From Promethearchaeota archaeon (GTDB taxonomy: Archaea; Asgardarchaeota; Lokiarchaeia; Sigyniarchaeales; SOKP01), in contig JBHLNT010000155.1 of the NCBI GenBank assembly GCA_048941265.1, forward strand, positions 1 to 10,108: 10,108 nucleotides of DNA, in the 5' to 3' direction. Shown here piece by piece: positions 7,178 through 10,108 of the stretch. Below the pieces are notes generated by a model. That model saw nothing but the letters and a program-made list of their open reading frames with translations, made no database searches and had not been told where the DNA came from. Positions within the stretch are counted from its first letter, which is position 1. Each line of letters begins with the position of its first letter. Position numbers and translations under genes: made by a program.

Positions 7178-8215
7178 ATGAATTCAAGAGTTTTAACCTT
7201 TGGAGAGATAATGCTTAGATTTTCACCTCCTGGTTTTCAACGTATAACACAAGCAAGGAATTTTGATATAATTTATGGAGGTGGAGAGGCGAATGTTGCA
7301 GTTTCATTAGCTAATTTTGGTATTTCAGTTGATTTTGTGACCAGATTACCAAATAATGAAATTGGAGATGCATGTATTCAATATTTACGACAATTCGGAG
7401 TAAATACAAATAAGATCATAAGAGGTGGTGATCGATTGGGGATATACTTTCTTGAAATTGGAGCTTCAGTACGTCCTAGTAAAGTAATATATGACAGAGC
7501 AAACTCTTCTATTGCAACGGCTAAACCGGATATGTTTGATTGGGACCATATTTTTGAAGGAATCACATGGTTCCATTGGACAGGAATTACCCCAGCAATT
7601 TCTCAAAATCTCGCTGATATCTGTTTAGAAGCTGTGAAAATAGCTAAAGATAAAGGAATTACCATCTCGTGTGATTTGAATTATAGGAGTAAATTATGGA
7701 AATACGGTAAGGATCCATCTGAAATTATACCAGATTTAGTAAAATATTGTGACGTAGCCATCGGGAATGAAGAAGATGCAGATAAAGTTTTAGGAATTAA
7801 GGCTCCAGATATAGATATAACTTCTGGTGATATGGATGCAGCCAAATATGAATACGTGGTGAAAGAGGTTATGAAGGCGTTTCCTAATTTGAAATATGTG
7901 GCAATTACTTTAAGAGGTTCCATTTCAGCAAGTCATAATACTTGGTCGGGTGTTCTCTATGATGGTAAGAAGATGCTAATAGGCCCCCAATATGATATTA
8001 CTTATATCGTCGATCGAGTTGGGGGAGGCGATTCCTTTATGGGCGGTTTGATTTACGGCCTATTAACCAATAAAAATGATCCATATTACGCTTTACGGTT
8101 TGCTTTAGCAGCATCCTGCTTAAAACATACTATATTTGGCGACTTTAATCTAGTTAGTTTAGAAGAAGTCACTAAATTAATGGAAGGAGATACATCGGGA
8201 AGAGTATCAAGATAA
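7178..8215 (+). CDS. kdgK: 2-dehydro-3-deoxygluconokinase (PfkB/ribokinase family sugar kinase)
   Basis: FGEIMLR, YGGGEANVAVSLA, RLGIYFLEIGASVRPSKVIYDRA, FHWTGITPA, DLNYRSKLW, GNEED, TLRGSISASHNTW, PfkB signature DRVGGGDSF and LKHTIFGD. This is a close match to the Bacteroides/Thermotoga/clostridial-type KdgK. Confidence 0.88.
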   Translation: MNSRVLTFGEIMLRFSPPGFQRITQARNFDIIYGGGEANVAVSLANFGISVDFVTRLPNNEIGDACIQYLRQFGVNTNKIIRGGDRLGIYFLEIGASVRPSKVIYDRANSSIATAKPDMFDWDHIFEGITWFHWTGITPAISQNLADICLEAVKIAKDKGITISCDLNYRSKLWKYGKDPSEIIPDLVKYCDVAIGNEEDADKVLGIKAPDIDITSGDMDAAKYEYVVKEVMKAFPNLKYVAITLRGSISASHNTWSGVLYDGKKMLIGPQYDITYIVDRVGGGDSFMGGLIYGLLTNKNDPYYALRFALAASCLKHTIFGDFNLVSLEEVTKLMEGDTSGRVSR

Positions 8216-8277
8216 AATATAATTATAATAAAAACCAACTTAATTAATTATAAAAGTATTTAATGAAGTGAAAAAAA

Positions 8278-9072
8278 GTGGTATTTGAAAAACTAATAAT
8301 AACGGCAACCACCGCCAATTCTTGGATATATCCTGTTGTGAAAAATTGGCCTCAAACCACAGACCAGCTAATTGAGGAGGTGGTGAAGTGTTATGAGGCA
8401 GGAGCTGCCATAGCACATATTCATCTTCCTAGAGGTCAAGAGGTTGAAGTTGTCAAAAAAATCCGGGAACGTTGTGATATTATCATACAAGCAGGTATGT
8501 CAAGTGAATCTATCCCTAAAAGAAAGGGTGATTTTGAAGCGAAACCCGATATGCTGTCTGTGATTTTAAATCATCATGCCGAATATTTTACTAATATCAA
8601 TGTTAACGTTTTACATCCACTTGAAGAACTGGAAGAATATTGTAAAAAATGTAAAAAATATCAGATAAAACCAGAGTGGGAAGTTTGGCATACGGGTTCT
8701 TATTGGAATTTACAACAGTTAATTGACAAAGGATTGATTGATGGACCACACTATTTAACTCTATTCTTTAACTGGCCTGGAGGAACATGGTCTCCTCCTA
8801 CATTTGAAGAATATATGCATAGAGTTAGAAATATGCCCAAAAATTGCTTATATTCAATTAGCACGATGGGTGAAGAACAAACTAAAATTGCGGTGCTATC
8901 TTTAAGTCGCGGTGGTAATATTCGTGTCGGAACCGAAGATTATCCATTTATTGAGAATGAAGTACCCGCAAAAAACAATGCTGAAATTGTTGAAAAATTC
9001 GTAAGCATAAGCAAATATGTAGGAAGGGAAATTGCTGATCCCTCTGAAGCCCGGAAAATTATTGGTATCTAA
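8278..9072 (+). CDS. Beta-keto acid cleavage enzyme family (BKACE / DUF849; 3-keto-5-aminohexanoate cleavage-like)
   Basis: KLIITA, P.T..., CYEAGAAIAHIH (Zn-binding H47/H49), KPEWE, GGNIRVGTED, NAEIVE and GREIADPSEARKIIG. It has a GTG start. The substrate cannot be assigned. Confidence 0.88.
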   Translation: MVFEKLIITATTANSWIYPVVKNWPQTTDQLIEEVVKCYEAGAAIAHIHLPRGQEVEVVKKIRERCDIIIQAGMSSESIPKRKGDFEAKPDMLSVILNHHAEYFTNINVNVLHPLEELEEYCKKCKKYQIKPEWEVWHTGSYWNLQQLIDKGLIDGPHYLTLFFNWPGGTWSPPTFEEYMHRVRNMPKNCLYSISTMGEEQTKIAVLSLSRGGNIRVGTEDYPFIENEVPAKNNAEIVEKFVSISKYVGREIADPSEARKIIGI

Positions 9073-9152
9073 TTTAGATATGATGAGATTAGAAGAAACT
9101 AAATATAAATTTATTTAAATAATTTTTTAAATAATTTGATTATTCCTTACTT

Positions 9153-10108
9153 ATGAACAATGATATTATAAATCTGCATACTGTTTTCATTGGAAAACCA
9201 CAATGGGAAGCTGGATGGCCATATATAGGTTATGATAATGATAAATTAATAGAAAATATAATTAATCATCTTAAACAGAAATTCCCTCTGATTAATTTTA
9301 CCTATAATGAAGTTGTTGGCATATATGACAAAGATTTAATAAAAAAAATCAAGGAAGATATAGTAAAAGCAGATGGAGTAATAATTTTTACTATAGGGCA
9401 TTATGGTTATCCTGGGATTATAAAAGCCGGAATAGAATTTATTGAAATCGGAAAGCCTGTTATTTTAGCAAATTTAATTTATGCTGGAGATCATACATTT
9501 ACAAAAATTTATGTTAGTATAAAAGAAAAGAATTATCATGTTTATCCCATATCTTCCAAAAATATTGAAGATTTCGACAAACCCATCGCAATTTTATCTA
9601 ATCTTTTACGACTTAGAGGTACAAATGTTTTAGTTTATGCTAGTGATAAAATTAAGATGGATTGGGAAATAATTCTTGGATTATTTAATCCAGAGCGAAA
9701 AAAACTTAGAAAAGAAAGCCCTGAATTTATTGAGCAAATAGGTAAAATGAGCGGAAATGCTAATTTTGAATTCTATACCGATACAGAGGGATTTGATCAA
9801 GCTCATCAATGGAGAAAAGATGAAATGAAGTATAGAGAAAATATGAAAAATATCTTTGATGTAGGGATGATAAGGGGAGATCCAGATGAGATTGTTAAGT
9901 ATTACAAAAAGGTCGACGAAGAGGAAGCAAATGTAATTGCGGATAAATGGATTAAAAATGCTAAAAAAATTGAACCAACCGAAAAAACTATATTAAATTC
10001 AGCAAAGTTATATATCGCTTTTAAAAATATTTTAAATGATAAAAATTGCAGGATATTTGCTCCAGATTGTGGTACTTTTCTTTTAACAGGGAAATTACCT
10101 GCTTATCC
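9153..10108 (+). CDS. L-fucose/L-arabinose isomerase-like protein, 3'-truncated by the window edge
   Basis: Translated by hand, absent from the ORF track. ATG at 9153, open for 318 codons to the edge: MNNDIINLHTVFIGKPQWEAGWPYIGYD...ADGVIIF...GKPVIL...YAG...VDEEEANVIADKWIKNAKKIEPTEKTILNSAKLYIAFKNILNDKNCRIFAPDCGTFLLTGKLPAYP. The 'SA.LY.A.K.....DC.......AYP(C)' pattern is typical of FucI/AraA-like isomerases. The metal-binding residues would lie beyond the window. Confidence 0.72.
   Translation, partial: MNNDIINLHTVFIGKPQWEAGWPYIGYDNDKLIENIINHLKQKFPLINFTYNEVVGIYDKDLIKKIKEDIVKADGVIIFTIGHYGYPGIIKAGIEFIEIGKPVILANLIYAGDHTFTKIYVSIKEKNYHVYPISSKNIEDFDKPIAILSNLLRLRGTNVLVYASDKIKMDWEIILGLFNPERKKLRKESPEFIEQIGKMSGNANFEFYTDTEGFDQAHQWRKDEMKYRENMKNIFDVGMIRGDPDEIVKYYKKVDEEEANVIADKWIKNAKKIEPTEKTILNSAKLYIAFKNILNDKNCRIFAPDCGTFLLTGKLPAY

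Noticed and set aside
7378-7923. Minus-strand ORFs 7378..7566 and 7681..7923
   Set aside because: They are antisense to kdgK.
1-10108. CRISPR array, tRNA/rRNA, transposase/integrase
   Set aside because: I saw no regularly spaced repeats, cloverleaf or rRNA-like GC-rich tracts, or recombinase motifs.

Overview
AT-rich, gene-dense window of probable archaeal origin, most consistent with an Asgard/Lokiarchaeia-like genome. This is inferred from the DGGGP synthase, a GTGATC-type Shine-Dalgarno site and the gene mix. From left to right it holds: (1) an apparently decayed restriction-modification locus, with a PD-(D/E)xK-like protein whose catalytic motif is altered and a start-less C-terminal fragment of a probable DNA methyltransferase; (2) a hypothetical membrane protein and a UbiA-family digeranylgeranylglyceryl-phosphate synthase on the minus strand; (3) an alpha/beta hydrolase; (4) a GPH/MelB-type MFS transporter; (5) a stand-alone ferric-reductase-like di-heme membrane protein with NOX-type His spacing; (6) a co-oriented trio of a KdgK-like PfkB kinase, a divergent BKACE (DUF849) enzyme and an L-fucose/L-arabinose-isomerase-like gene. 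The last gene is missing from the ORF track and runs off the right edge. The trio is the best candidate for an undescribed sugar or sugar-acid catabolic pathway. All family calls come from motif recognition by eye, not database searches.
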